A stretch of DNA of 64,000 nucleotides from Octopus vulgaris (GCA_951406725.2 OX597821.1:108500001-108564000), one strand, 5' to 3'; counted from the first letter of the stretch, positions 40,782 through 53,971 are shown. Notes: generated by a model not told the origin, from the sequence alone. Numbers and translations are program-made.

Positions 40782-41736
40782 CCAGGAACTTAATTCTCCA
40801 ACAAAATGCACAGCAAGCTTTTCACAAACGCTCACGAGGAGCCCATGGAATAAATGGCACAAACTGTCTATCTATATGCGTTGACGCCAGGCTGGGTGAA
40901 AGCAGACGAGAATGTCCGTTAAGATAGTTCAAGGTCAGAATCCGGTTAGGAGAAGTGGGGTACAGGAAAATCAAAGAGTGTGAATGTATTCTGTATGACT
41001 GGTGTTTATATTTGAATTATTTTAAGAATGAGTGCTAGAGTGTTTGATTGTGAGAAATTGCTTTCATGTATGTGTGTGTGCGTCTATGTATGTGTGACAG
41101 TGTGTTTCGAAGGCAGCAAGAGAGAGAGATATAGCAGGTATTAATGGTCAAGCAACAGAAAAGACTGTATATATATATATAAATTAGAAAAAAAACACCT
41201 TTTATCAATTCATGATATATACGATTTATTTATTATTTTGCACATTACTTAATCATCGGTATGTTATTATTTTATATTTAATATTTCTATTATATGTAAT
41301 TTTCTAGATGGTGTAATTTAATTGTTCATTTTGAATTGATAAAAGGTGGTTTTTTCTAATTTTATATTTCTTCGTGAAAGTCCGTTCGTCGCTATTTTTC
41401 GCGACCTTTTCAATAGCTTGTCCTTTCTCTTCAACGTCTGCCCTGAAATTTGGTCGCGAATTAATTTTATGTCTGCGTGCATGCATGCCTTTCTATGTGT
41501 GTGTAGATGTGTGTTTGCTTAGAAGAATAAGGGTGAGAGGAAAGGAGATTATGTGCGTGCGTGGGAGTGTGTATATATGTGTGTGTGTGTGCGGGCGTAT
41601 GTGTGTGGTTGTGTTTACACTCGTGTGACTACTTGCATGTGTATGTGTACGTGTGTGTTAGTATGTGTAGCCATCCATGACTAGGTATGTGTATGTATAA
41701 CTGTGTCTATATGCGCACATAGATTTATATGCAAGA

Positions 41737-41960
41737 GGCGGCGAGCTGGCAGAAGCGTTAGCACGCCGGGCGAAATGCTTAGCAGTATTTCGTCTACGTT
41801 CTGAGTTCAAATTCCGCCGAGGTCGACTTTGCCTTTCATCCTCTCGGGGTCGATAAATAAAGTACCAGTTTCGCACTGGGTCGATGTAATCGACTTAATC
41901 CGTTTGTCTGTCCTTGTTTGTCCCCTCTATGTTTAGCCCCTTGTGGGTAGCAAAAGAAAT
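41737..41960 (+). mobile_element. SINE family B, full length
   Basis: Head GGCGGCGAGCTGGCAGAAGCGTTAGC, B box GAGTTCAAATTCC, core GCCTTTCATCC..TCGGGGTCGATAAATAAAGTACCAG. Confidence 0.87.
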
Positions 41961-42317
41961 ATATATCATGTATATATTTGAATAGAAGCAGGCGTGACTG
42001 TGTTGTAAGCTGTTCCGGGTTCAGTCCAGCTGCGTGGCACTTTGAGCGGGTGTTTCTATTATAGCCCTGGGTCGACTAAACCCTTGTGAGTAGATTTGGT
42101 TGACGGAATCTGAAAAAACTTGTCATATATGTGTTTATCAATATCAAGGCCGAAACAGCTGTCAGCTACAATGTAAATGTATTTCTATGTCTTGTTATAT
42201 TTGCACTATATTAATGTATAATATCATTGCTATTGTGTAGTGGTTTAATAAAGTATTGATTCGGTATTATCTGATGGTTGATGATTGATTTGGATATATT
42301 TCTCCATTTTCTCATTT

Positions 42318-42372
<55 letters not shown>

Positions 42373-43136
42373 ACGTATAATTATTTTCTTGTTAATTAAT
42401 GATTCCTATCAATATAAGTATTCCCCCACTACATGTCTACTATTACATGTCTTAAAAAAGAAACAAAAATCTCATTGTTTTGGGCGAATGATTCAACCAT
42501 TATGAAACCAAAGATTTTTTACTGTTGTTTCTCAAGGCAGCTGTGCACCTCACCAACCCACCCATCCCACTTTACATGACACATTCACTTGCATTCTTTT
42601 ATTTATTCTGATCTCCCACCCAAAGAATATTCATCCTAATAATTTCCATGACTTTTGTTTCGGGTGAACTTCTACTTAGAAGGAAATTCCATTTATGCAT
42701 GTATGCATACATTTACACCGCGAAAAGTCATTTAACATTGTCTTTACATTTGGATGGTTATCATTAAAAAATGTTTTGAAACCTAGAATTGTTTCTTCTT
42801 TTATTAATTTCAGTCAGTGTGCTATGACCATGCTCAGGCACTGTCTTTGGGTGTCTTTCATTGATCCTATCAATATTAGAGATAATTTCAAACATAGGGC
42901 AGCGTCCCATTTTAACGATGCCTGTTCATTGAAAGTAACCTTTGATAGCCTAGTATACTAGAGCAGTAAACATGTAAATGAACACACACACATACACACA
43001 AACACATCTTGCGGGCTTCTTCATAGAATCATTCTCCCAATTTGACTCACATGACATTGATCAACCTAAGACTACAGTAAAAGACAACCCAGAAACCCAT
43101 GGGTGTGAAGCAAATCTTTCAACCACAAATCTATCC

Positions 43137-44250
43137 TTTGAATGTAATGCCATCATGACAAATTATTCCATGAAGAAAGTTAAGCTGGAGCAGCACCAGA
43201 AATTAAGGCATCCATCATCTGTTGGTAAAGGTCGGGAATATTTTGAGAATAAAAAGAAAATACAGCTAATCAAACTACCTGACTTTGTAAAGAAGATAAA
43301 TATTGTAAAAGTAAAGATACTCAAACCAAGTTATTTGGTTTCTGAAATTATTGCCAAGGTTGCAGCACCTCAGATTTAAGGCGAGAATCTTGTCAAGCCT
43401 GCTATGATAGCTTGTGCAAATGAGGTTCTGGGAAAAGATGCTGAACCTACTCTGAGTACAATTCCACTTTCAAATAACACAATTACAAGAAGACAGGATG
43501 TTGAGGAGAAAGAAGACTGTGGAAATTCTCCGAACGACCAATTTTTCTATCCAGGTTGATGATAGCACAATTCATAACCAAGTTATCCTTCTGGTCTATG
43601 TCAGATTCAACCATGAAGATGATATAAGGGAAGAAATGTTATTCATTAAAAGTTTTTTTTGAAACAACTAATGGAGAAAATATATTCAATGAAGTAATGC
43701 AGTATTTTAATGATAAAAATATTCCATCGACTAATTTGATCAACACTGCATCAGATGGAGCTGCAGCCATGACTGGAAAAGTGAAAGGTTTTGTTTCTAG
43801 AATGAAATCAGTTGCTCCTCACATTTTAAATATACGTTGCACTATCCACAGACAGCATGTGGTTGCTAAGAATATTGGAGGACACATGGAAAATGCACTC
43901 AACACTTCCATACATACAAATAACATTGTCAAATCAAACTCTGTGAATAATAGATTTTTTATGCAATTCTGTGAAGATGAAGATTTTAAAACCCTATTGC
44001 TTCACACAGAAGTAAGATGGGTCAAAAGGCATGAGCCTTGAAAGACTAGTGAATTTGTGGGAGCCATTAATCCACTTTTTCATGTTCAAGAGTCAGATGA
44101 CTCATTACAACTTCAAGACAAACTGATACAGCTAAGAAAATTTTGGAAAGACTTTCTGAGTTTAAAAAAAATATTATACTTGAGTGATATTTTTAAAACA
44201 GTGAATCTGCTTAACTGCAAGGTAGAAAATCAGATTTGGTCACCTGTATA
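43137..44250 (+). pseudogene. Decayed hAT transposase of the Buster/Charlie (ZBED5/ZBED8/FAM200-like) group
   Basis: Fragments read SMKKVKLEQH..RH, SYLVSEIIAK...GENLVKP, IPLSNNTITRR, FSIQVDDST, LLVYVRF...EEMLF, SDGAAAMTG, C.IHRQ and LLLHTEVRW. Stops and frameshifts are present, and no matching TIRs were found. Confidence 0.88.
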
Positions 44251-44269
44251 CTGCTAGTATACATATATA

Positions 44270-44770
44270 CTAGCAGTAAAACCCATTGTTGATCAGGTAA
44301 CTTACTTTGACTGTTTATCGAGAGCCACATTTAAAGTATTATATGTATAATTTACTTCTCCTGTGTGTGTGTATTTTTATAAGAGAAAACCATGTAATAA
44401 TTGAAGTAGAAGAAAGATTAATATCATACATGAACTTGTGTTTGTTTATGATAGCTAAGGCGGTGATAGACAGCTAATGCGTGCATGAATGCGATGCGAT
44501 CTCTGCCCAGTATGCCGAAGTGAAGAATGCATTAAGTAAATAAAAAGCAAGCGATTATTAGAGAGCAATAGCTGCCTTAGCCGCGTGCATAAACGCGATG
44601 CGTCCATGTGTTACGTACGCTACCGGACACACACTCACGGGCGATATCGCCACCGAGATGACAGCTTTTCGATCGATCGCATCGCTGGCCGCCAACTCTT
44701 TGCTCGCTCCAAATGCTATTGCTCTCTACTACAAATCCCTTGTCTGCACCCAACTTTATTACTAATATGA
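44270..44770 (-). mobile_element. Probable non-autonomous Helitron-like element
   Basis: The minus strand begins A|TCATATTAGTAATAAAG and ends ...CTGCTAG|T, with a decayed hairpin resembling the 37331 element end. Confidence 0.5.
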
Positions 44771-44789
44771 TTATCGTTGTTGTTGTCGT

Positions 44790-47026
44790 TGTCATCATCA
44801 TCATCATCATCGATTAACGTCCGTTCTCCATGATGGCATGGGTTGGACAGTTTGACTGAAGTCTTGGAGAGCCAGCTGCTGCAACAGGCTCCAATCTAGT
44901 CTAGCATAATTTCTACATCTAAATGCCCTTCCTAACGCCAACTATTCTGAGAGTGTAGTGGGTGTTCTTTATGTCTCATCAGCACAGGAGCCAGCTAGCG
45001 GGTCACCGGCCCCCAGCTACGGTATTGGTTTTACTTGACTCAAGCAAACTGCAAGCTTACGTATGTCCTCGGCATTCATGGCCCATGTTTCACTACCGTA
45101 TAGCATGGCAGTTCACACACATGCATTATACAGTCCACCTTTCCCCCTGAGTGAGAGGCCATTAGCTGCCAGCAGAAGTAGGAGCTCCCTGAATTTGCTC
45201 AGGCTATTATTACTCTAGTTGCTACACTCGCAGAGCAATCACTCCCACAACATACTTGGTCGCCTAGGTAGTAGAAAGTATTTATTACTTCTAGTTTCTT
45301 CCTCAGGCATGTAATGGAAGCTGTTTTCTGAACACCTTCAGTGTTTATTGCCCCACTGCATCTGCCACACACAAGAAATAATTTTCCCAGTTAACCTTCC
45401 TTTGATATTGCTGCACCTTTTATGTGTCCATAGCTTACACCGGGTGCATCGTATGGAGTTTCTACCAATGCCTTTTCTACAGAGGAGTTTGTGATTTGAC
45501 AGCCTGCACACTAACTAAAACTTTGGTTTTGGCTAGGTTAGCCCTAAGGCCATTCAATTCTAGACTTTGCTTCCACGCCCTCACCTTTGGCTCCAGTTCC
45601 GGCAGTGACTCTGCTATTAGTGCAAGGTCATCAGCATAGAGGAGCAGCCTCTCTTGAATTCCTCTGTTATTGCCTGGAGGACTATAATGAATAAGAGGGG
45701 GCTGAGGACTGATCTTAGGTTGACCCTTACCCCTACCCGATATTCTTCACTGTACTCGTTGCCAACCGTCACCTTACTGTACATGGCTTGTACAGCTCTC
45801 AATAAACATTCATCCATCCCTAGTCTCCTCATTGACCACCAGATAGGGGATCGGGGGACCCTGTCAATGAAAGCCAGGTACAGAGTTTTATCTTGGACTA
45901 GCTATTTCTCCTGCATCTGTCTTATCAGAAATATAGCATCAGTGGTGCTTTCCCCTGGCACGAACCGAAACTGCATCTCATCTAGACTGCCTCTCTCCCT
46001 AATTACTTGGGCTATGACCCTCTCCGTGACCTTCATTACCTGATCCAACAACTTGATACCTCTGTAATTATTTGTATCGAATGCGTCACCTTTACCTTTG
46101 TTAGCAGTTGACTATGGTGCTGCTACACCAGTCATTGGGTATCACCTAGTTGACTATGCTATAGCCGACACCGCTAGATAGTTTGAGCATCTGTGGTGAT
46201 TCCTGATTGCCCAGGGGCTTTCCCTGTCTTCATACCCTTAATTGCTTTACCTACCAAGGCACTGTCAATTTAGTTAGATAGCTGGTCCCTCTGTTGGGCC
46301 GGCATTCGGCAGACTCTCTTTCACACATTCATTCACTTTATTTAGCAAACTTTCATAATGGCGTCTCCAAACCTGTCTCTTTGCAGCTTCGTTTAAAGCA
46401 AGTGAACCATCACCCATGAGGACACATTTCTCTCCTAGGACATCGCGATTCTCTCTCACACACTGTCTGGCAACAGGAAAATACTTCAAGTCATTGGTCA
46501 TCACAGCGCAGAACATTGGCAAATTTTTCCTTATCTGCTTCCCCTTTGGCCAAATACAAACCTATCTCCTAGCTTCCCTTTTGGCAGTCTGATACAATTC
46601 CCTGCTATCACCGGTCTTCCAGTCCTTCAAAGCCTGTTTCTTTCCCTTACTAGCCCTGTCAACAACATTGTTCCACCACCACATTACCTTGGGTTGAGAG
46701 GAGACTTTGCACCATCCACAGATCTGGTCACTAGCCCTCAAAAGGTTGTCCTCCAGTTGTCTTCCACAGCTTTGAGTAATATGTCTCTCAATCTCTTTTT
46801 GCAGGATCCTTAAGCTTCCAGACCCTTCTCCTCCATTCTGGTCGTCTTCTGGGCATCCATTTAGCCCTGATCCTGAAGTTGCTAACTACTAATCTATGTT
46901 ATGGGGTACATTCTTCACCTGGGAAGGTTTGGACATTTACAAGTAGTTGTCTTTCCTGTTTCCTAGTGAGGAATGTAGTCAATTTGACTAGTGTGTCTAC
47001 CAGATTGGTAGGTTACTAAATGGCCC
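44790..47026 (-). mobile_element. Decayed RTE-clade LINE (end of endonuclease, RT, Cys-rich C-terminus, (GAT)n tail)
   Basis: The minus strand reads HLVTYQSGRHTSQIDYI, WWNNVV, YRGIKLLDQVMKV.ERV, STTDAIFLIRQMQEK, SVLSPLLFIIVLQAITEEF..LLYADDL and C..CKLWTHKRCS. The 3' end is CCCATGCCATCATGGAGAACGGACGTTAATCGATGATGATG. Confidence 0.88.
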
Positions 47027-47899
47027 TGAATATGCTAATCGATTAGCATTTAGTAATTATGATACTTCTACAATTGAAAATAATTTTAATAAATAAGGAA
47101 TTTATGTATTGTGGCATTTGATACTTGTCAATTGTCTACATTGTTCACATAAATGCCAGTACCAGGCAGAGGAGGTTTCCAGCAGTAAGAGAAGCTTAAG
47201 AATAAATAAATGGAAATTTGTCGGCAGAACAAAGTTAGCAACCTCTTACACTCTCAGTGTTGTGATGAGAGCCAAGGTACCCTCTTGTGAGGAATGGACT
47301 GAACCGAGAGAGTGTATATAGTTTGTGTTATTTCTTACCAGATTGTCATCCTTCTTACCAGATTGTCATCCTTCTGAAATTCCCTTGTCCATGTTATTTC
47401 CTCTGCAGCCATCCACACATTTTATTCAAGATCAACTACGTCAATCTTACCAGTTTTGAAGGCACAGCTCTTGTCTCAGAAGGAATGCAAAAGGCAAGGA
47501 TACAGCCCCCTTTATCCAGCCAAATTGTTCAAATAAAACATGGGAAAAAAATCCTAACACCCACTACTATTCCTGTGAATTAGTAAGCTGTAAACTATAT
47601 CAAACTGAGCCCACATCATCATCTTTAACATGTCTCACAGCTAGAACACTTTTACTAAATATTTTAGCCAATCATTTATCTCCAGAATGGCAGATTCTGC
47701 ATGGAATCACATTCTCATCAGACATTAATTTACACAAGTTGAAAAAAGACATCATCTACATTCACATTAACAGTTTAGGAAAGCCTACAGATGTTCTCTT
47801 GCTCGCACTTTATGTTAATACAAATAATAATTTTTAACAAAGGTACATAGCCAAAAATTTTATAGGAGGAAATAATGTCAACTATATTGACCCACCCCT

Positions 47900-48782
47900 G
47901 GTCTTGGGGTTGTGGTGGTGGCATTGGAGGTTGTAGTAATGGTTGTAGTGGTGGTTGTGAAGATGATTCTGATATTGATAGTCTTTGCATTGAGGTGGTG
48001 GCAGAGTCAGAGTAAATAATAAGAGCCCAGTTAACACAAGATTCTTAAATTTCGGAGATCATAAGATAGAGAGCAAGAAGTTAAAAGTTCCAATACTGTC
48101 CCAATTCCTACACCCCAGATTCTTCAACTATTTTATAAGAAAGGGGTTAATGGCAGGATAGGGATTCAGCTTAAAAATAAATTGTATAACAAAAAATACA
48201 TAAATAAATTACTGCTCCAACGATGTAATTTTAGTATGTGTGTATGTATGTATGTGTGTGTGTGTATGTATGTATGTATGGATCAAAACAGTTTGATTCA
48301 AATTCTGTGGTACTTATATATTCATACATACATATACATGTAGATGTATATAACCTATATATATATTGTATGTAAACATCTTTTATAAATATATATAATT
48401 CATGCATCTATAATACACACACATTATAAATATATACACATATATGCATATGCATTAGAATATGTGTGTATAGGTGTATATATATATATATGCATATGTT
48501 TGTATACATGTGTGTGTGTGTGTGTGTGTGTATAAAAATAAATATAAGCATAACCAAGGCAAACAATGGAAAATAATTTAAACACTCATTTTATATATAC
48601 TCAGGATCTACACAAATTTTATATATACTCCACGAAGTTCAAAAGGTAAAAATCCGGTATTTTAAATTTTTGTTGCATTTCTAATCTTTCTGATGTCTAA
48701 GGATGGATATTTATGCGTATGAATCTTTTTCTTTTTATTTTGTTTCAAATATAATTCTAGGGAACTGAAAAACTGTGTACGA
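47900..48782. repeat. Right arm of the internal inverted repeat (partner 36477-37001), with extra internal sequence
   Basis: Reverse complement of 36477-37001, with insertions around 48260-48690. Confidence 0.9.
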
Positions 48783-49068
48783 TTACGATAAAGCAATGTT
48801 TAGCAATGTTTACATTTTGACAAATTGCTTTCCACGTCACAGATAACACTACGCAGATAATAAGTTCACATAAATACAGACAATACGATTGGCTAAAATT
48901 CGCAGTTTTAATCTACGATTAAAGTCATAAAATAGATTTTTCTCAAATAAACTAGTTTCAACTTGTGTCTTGTTTTGAGACACTGTATTATCACACGAAG
49001 TTTCAAATTATTTAGTTAAGTAGAAAGATCTGTTCTCCTGGTTTCAAAACCGAAAAGATCCGCTGGTC

Positions 49069-49124
<56 letters not shown>

Positions 49125-50099
49125 GGTGGTGGTGGTGGTGGTGGTGGTGGTGGTGGTAGTACTGGTAGTAGTAGTAGTGGCTGTGTTGGTAGTGATGATG
49201 TGAGTGGTTGTAGTGGTGGTGGTGTTTGTGCTAGTGGTGTTGTTAGTGGTGGTGGTGGTGTTGGTGGTGGTGATTATGGAGGTGACTGCGGCGGTGGCGT
49301 ATGCAGCTTTTTTTTTTGTTGTTTTTGGAGGGGTCTGTCTTTATCTTATCATCTATGAATGACTGCCGGACTCTGTTTTAGATTTGTGCGAACAGGTGCG
49401 AAGCCTGGGAGTCAATTACGTCTAGATAAACGATGGCTTCAACTGATTGCATGTGTATATATATGCGTGTGTGTATGGGTATATGTATGCATGTATGTAG
49501 GTGTGTAAATGTATGTGTATGCTTGTATTGTATGTAACCAAGTGCGTATGCATATATAACTGCATATATGCATATATATATGTGTGTGTATGTGTGTGTG
49601 TTTATGTACCCGTGTGTGTATGTTCGTATGCATGGATGAATGTACGCATGTATGTATATATGTACGCACAATTGTATGCTTGATTGTATATATGTATATA
49701 TATATGCATGTATGTATGTATGCATGTATGTATGTATGTATGTATGTATGTATGTGTGTGCATGTATGTATGTTTGTATGTATGTCTGTGTGTATGTATG
49801 TTTGTATGTATGTATATATGCATGTATATATGCATGCTTGTATATTTGTATGTACGTTGGTATGCATGTATATATATATAAATGGATGCATGCATAGATG
49901 TCCCTATGTATTCATAGATGTATGCATAAGGGTATGTATCTATACAATTACACGTTGCACACGTATGCACATGTATCTTGTCTCGGATTTTTAAATTTCT
50001 CATCAAAAGAAGAAAAATCTGATTTTTCTACACAGAAACAAGGTTTTTCAGAAGGAATTTACACAATATCAACTAGGTAGTTATGCAAGCATGCACTCT

Positions 50100-50670
50100 T
50101 ACGTGTGTGTATGTGTGTTTATGTGTTTGTGTGTTTGTGTGTGTGTGTGTTTATGTTTGTGTGTCTGTGTGTGTCTTTGTGTGTCTATGTGTGTTTGTGC
50201 GTGTGTCTGTGTGTGTTTGTGTGTTTGTGTGTGTGTTTGTGTGTGTATGTGTGTGTGTCTGTGTGTGTTTGTGTGTGTATGTGTGTATGTGTGTGTGTGC
50301 TTGTGTTTGTGTGTCTGTATGTGTGTGTTTGTGTTTGTGTGTCTGTGTGTGTTTGTGTGTGTATGTGTATTTGTGTGTTTTTGTGTGTATGTGTGTAAGT
50401 GTGTATGTGTGTGTTTGTGTGTTTATGTGTGTTTGTGTGTTTGTGTGTGTGTGTGTCTGTGTGTGTTTGTTTTTTATGTTTTTGCGTGTGCTTGTGTTTG
50501 TGTGTGCGTATTTGTGTGTATGCATGTGTGTGTGTTTGAGCATGTATGTTTGAGTATGTAAGTGCTTGCTTGTGGTTGCGTTTGTGTGTTTGTGTATGTG
50601 TGTTGGTGTGTATGTGTGTGAGTGTGCTTGTGTGCGTGTGTATAATCGTGTGCGTGTGTATGCGTGTAGG
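50100..50670 (+). repeat. Degenerate (TG)n/(TTTG)n array
   Basis: Directly visible. Confidence 0.95.
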
Positions 50671-50729
50671 TTTGCTTCAATTTAAAGTCAATTTTGACCT
50701 GCCATCTCCTCGGAAGCAAGGTTGAGAAG

Positions 50730-51600
50730 GAAATTATAATGTTTTATTCACCATTCTTTAAATCTTGAGGTCTTGCAGACTTTTTTGGTTCCAGATATTT
50801 GAATCCTTTGTATTGTACAAGTTTAGGAGTTGCCTTCTCTCTCCAAGAAACCATCTACCGCCATGTTTACTTCATCGCGTTGCTTCAACGAAACTAAAAT
50901 TATATGATGGGTTTGCAAACACCTGAACAATTTCCTACTGATGCCCTCTTTCACCTGAATTTTTTCTAATCCCACTGGTGTCCAGAGCGCTGCTAATTTC
51001 CATAACAGAACATATCTTTTCCTTGTGGTTCCACACAACAATACCTGGACTGTTGGGTTTCTTTTCGGTGACTGTTTAACATCTTATGCCCCACATATTC
51101 CAATTTTTTTAATTTTTTTACCCATCAGTCTCATTAGGGTCAACTTCGTCTGTAGGTATTTTCTTTATTGTTCTGGTCACCTCATCGTGCCTCATGGTAA
51201 GATAATATCTGAAAGACAATCCTTCGCAGTTGGCAATAATATGGTTAATAACTTCAGACTTGGTTTCACACAGCCTTCAATTCTTGTCTGTTAATTTTTG
51301 CCCCCTTTTATGTGGCAAGTACTGGGTGGGGATCTTTTGTTCTTCAATTGCAATGAGATAATGACCAAAGTGGGATATCATAAGCATGTCGGTATTTCAT
51401 TCCAAGCTTTTGGATGTATCAATGCACTTTATGGTTTGTGTCTTTCGAGCAAAGTACCCACCCACTATCTTCTCAGTGAATGGCCCCATTTTTTATTTTG
51501 CTCTTTTCATGAGTAGAATTTACCAATGCTCCATGGGGTAAGTTCTGTATCTGCTCTTATTTTAGGCCTCTCCCCCAATTTCTTTAGCTATCGTAATTAT
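50730..51600 (-). mobile_element. Decayed RLE-type (R2/R4/NeSL group) non-LTR retrotransposon C-terminus
   Basis: Manual minus-strand translation gives SHFGHYLIAIEEQKIPTQYL (about 51375-51315), *RLCETKSEVINHIIANCEGLSFRYYLTMRHDEV (CCHC knuckle plus RHD, about 51280-51180) and PNSPGIVVWNHKEKICSVMEIS..LD (decayed PD..E nuclease motif, about 51060-50980). Confidence 0.8.
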
Positions 51601-52331
51601 GTGTGCTGATATCATGGTGGCAAACATGGATGAAATGTCCCTTTTATCCGCTACAGATGTTACTTCGTTGTCGCAATACCTGACCTCATATCACATCAAT
51701 ACAGATGTAAGACAGCAGCCACTATATTTGCAAGGGACACGTAAGCCAAAATATGGTTTACATGATAACGTCGATGGCGTTGTTGATGATGATGATGACC
51801 ATGACGACGATGATGAAATTGGTGATGATGATGACGTTCATGATGATGATGGTGGTGGTTGTGGTGGTGGTGGGGTGGAGATGACGACGACGACGACGGC
51901 GGCGATAATGATGATGATGATGATGATGACGATGATATAATACGTAAAAACCACCGAGCAAAGAATCAAGCTACAACCGTTATTCATAAGCAAAATCTGT
52001 TGATTGATAACGTGTACCATGTTTTCACTAATCGTTTAGAGACCTTTGTAGCCAGTGGTTGACCGTGCCTGTGATATGGGTGGGAAGAAGGGCTGCACCA
52101 AAGCCAGACTGGTACCTGTGTTTTAGCTGTGTAGACCAGAATGACATTAATCGAAAACTTTAGCTGTAGGATGCAATGCACTATCCTGACCAGGGATTGA
52201 ATCAGAGACCTTATGATTACGAGTCGTAACCAACAGCCACGTGTCTTCATGACGGAAGAGTAATCTACACGAAAGATCATAATTAGCTCAACACAAAATT
52301 TGTCTTACATACATTTTAAATTCAATTATAA

Positions 52332-52727
52332 GGCGGCGAGCTGGCAGAAACGTTAGCACGCCGGGCGAAATGCTTAGCGGTATTTCGTCTGCCGCTACGT
52401 TCTGAGTTCAAATTCCGCCAAGGTCGACTTTGCCTTTCATCCTTTCGGGGTCGATTAAATAAGTACCAGTTACGCACTGGGGTCGATACAATCGACTTGG
52501 TCCATTTTTCTGTCCTTGTTTGTCCCCTCTGTGTGAAGCCCCTTGTGGGCAGTAAAGAAATAGGTATTTCGTCTGCCGCTACGTTCTGAGTTCAAATTCC
52601 GCCGAGGTCGACTTTGTTTTCATCGTTTCGGGGTCGATAAATTAAGTACCAGTTGCATAGTGGAGTCGATATAATCGACTAGCCCCCTCACCAAAACGTT
52701 CGGGCCTTGTACCCAGAGTAGAAAAAT
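52332..52727 (+). mobile_element. SINE family B, full copy plus a tandem head-less second unit
   Basis: After AAAGAAATA (about 52562) the sequence restarts at GGTATTTCGTCTGCCGCTACGTTCTGAGTTC and ends with a different tail. Confidence 0.85.
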
Positions 52728-53925
52728 ATATAAGTTTTAATTTTTCATGTATATTAATAATTGTTTCCACACACCTTAATCTAATCATTTCTAATCACTC
52801 TTCCCTTTCAAAACTCTAACATGAGGTGAGCAATCTTTTCTTTCACCCTTACGAGATCACTAAATTTAAGCACCAGTTAAATAAATTGGTCTCATAAGTT
52901 GTTTGTATAGACTCACCGAGTTTTCTTAATATTGCTGTCATCGCGCCAGATAAGGAATTCATTATTTTAAAAAACATTTTGCGGTGCTAAATTATTAGTG
53001 CAGCTACAGGAAACAATTATGCAGTTCCTGGTCGCCCGAGGAATGAAGGATCTTAAGGACAGGATATGACAGAATCCAGACAGGCTGGATCTCGAAACTG
53101 CATCGTTCCGCAGGACTTGACGGAATATTCAGAGAATATAAGTGAACGGCAAATGGATGTCCTTTTGTAGAAATATCAGAATTAGTGACAGAGAGCACAT
53201 TAGTGAAACAGTGTAGAAAATTTGGTTTTTAGCATTACTGCATTTCACGGACACCATTTTTATTCAATGGAAAAAAAAATTCTTATAGATCATACGATTT
53301 GTCAGAAAACCTCAATTATAAGACATACATAAGTAATGCATACAGGAATAACGCATATATATATATATACACACTATAGACGTAAAAATTCGTTCCAAAA
53401 TTGCCCCTGCCAGAAGCATGGTGTGTAAGTAGATGAGAAAATGCATTTTTTTTCATTCATATATATTTTGTTCTAATATCTTATGCATGAGAATACTATG
53501 TGTGTGTGTGTATACATATATATGTATACATACATACATTCATATATGTGTGTATATATATATATATATATACATACGCATTTATATTTATGCACGCACA
53601 CACACTTACATGTAGGCGTGTGTGTAAATGGGGATATATATGTACATGTATAGATAATTATATATACTAATATTATATACATATGTGTGTGTGTGTGTAC
53701 ATATATGTGTGCATCTGTATGTATGTATTTTCACTCGTGGAGATAAGTATGGAACATCGAAGCTACAATTTTCATTCTTGTGAGGCAATGAATAGCATAC
53801 GTGTGCATGTACATATGTGTGTATATATGTGTATGCGTTTGAGGAACCGTGGGAGGGTAGCTGAATATAAAAAATATATATATGAAAACAGAACACTAGC
53901 AAAAATAAAGGAACACACACACACT

Positions 53926-53971
<46 letters not shown>

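Larger units (their letters stand above)
36147..49061. mobile_element. 12.9-kb composite TIR element with GGATCTTTTC ends and an 8-bp TSD GCTGGTCG
   Basis: The left end is GGATCTTTTCAGTTTGAA and the right end is TTCAAAACCGAAAAGATCC. GCTGGTCG occurs at 36139-36146 and 49062-49069, and the flanks are the same GGT/GTA array. The left end matches the 10029 MITE (TAACTAAA..ATTT.AAACTTCGTATACTGGTAGAATGTGT). Confidence 0.85.

Noticed and set aside
43137-44250. hAT remnant as the transposase of the 12.9-kb element, or as a domesticated ZBED gene
   Set aside because: It has multiple stops and frameshifts, and GG-starting TIRs with a GCTGGTCG TSD do not fit Buster-type hAT ends.
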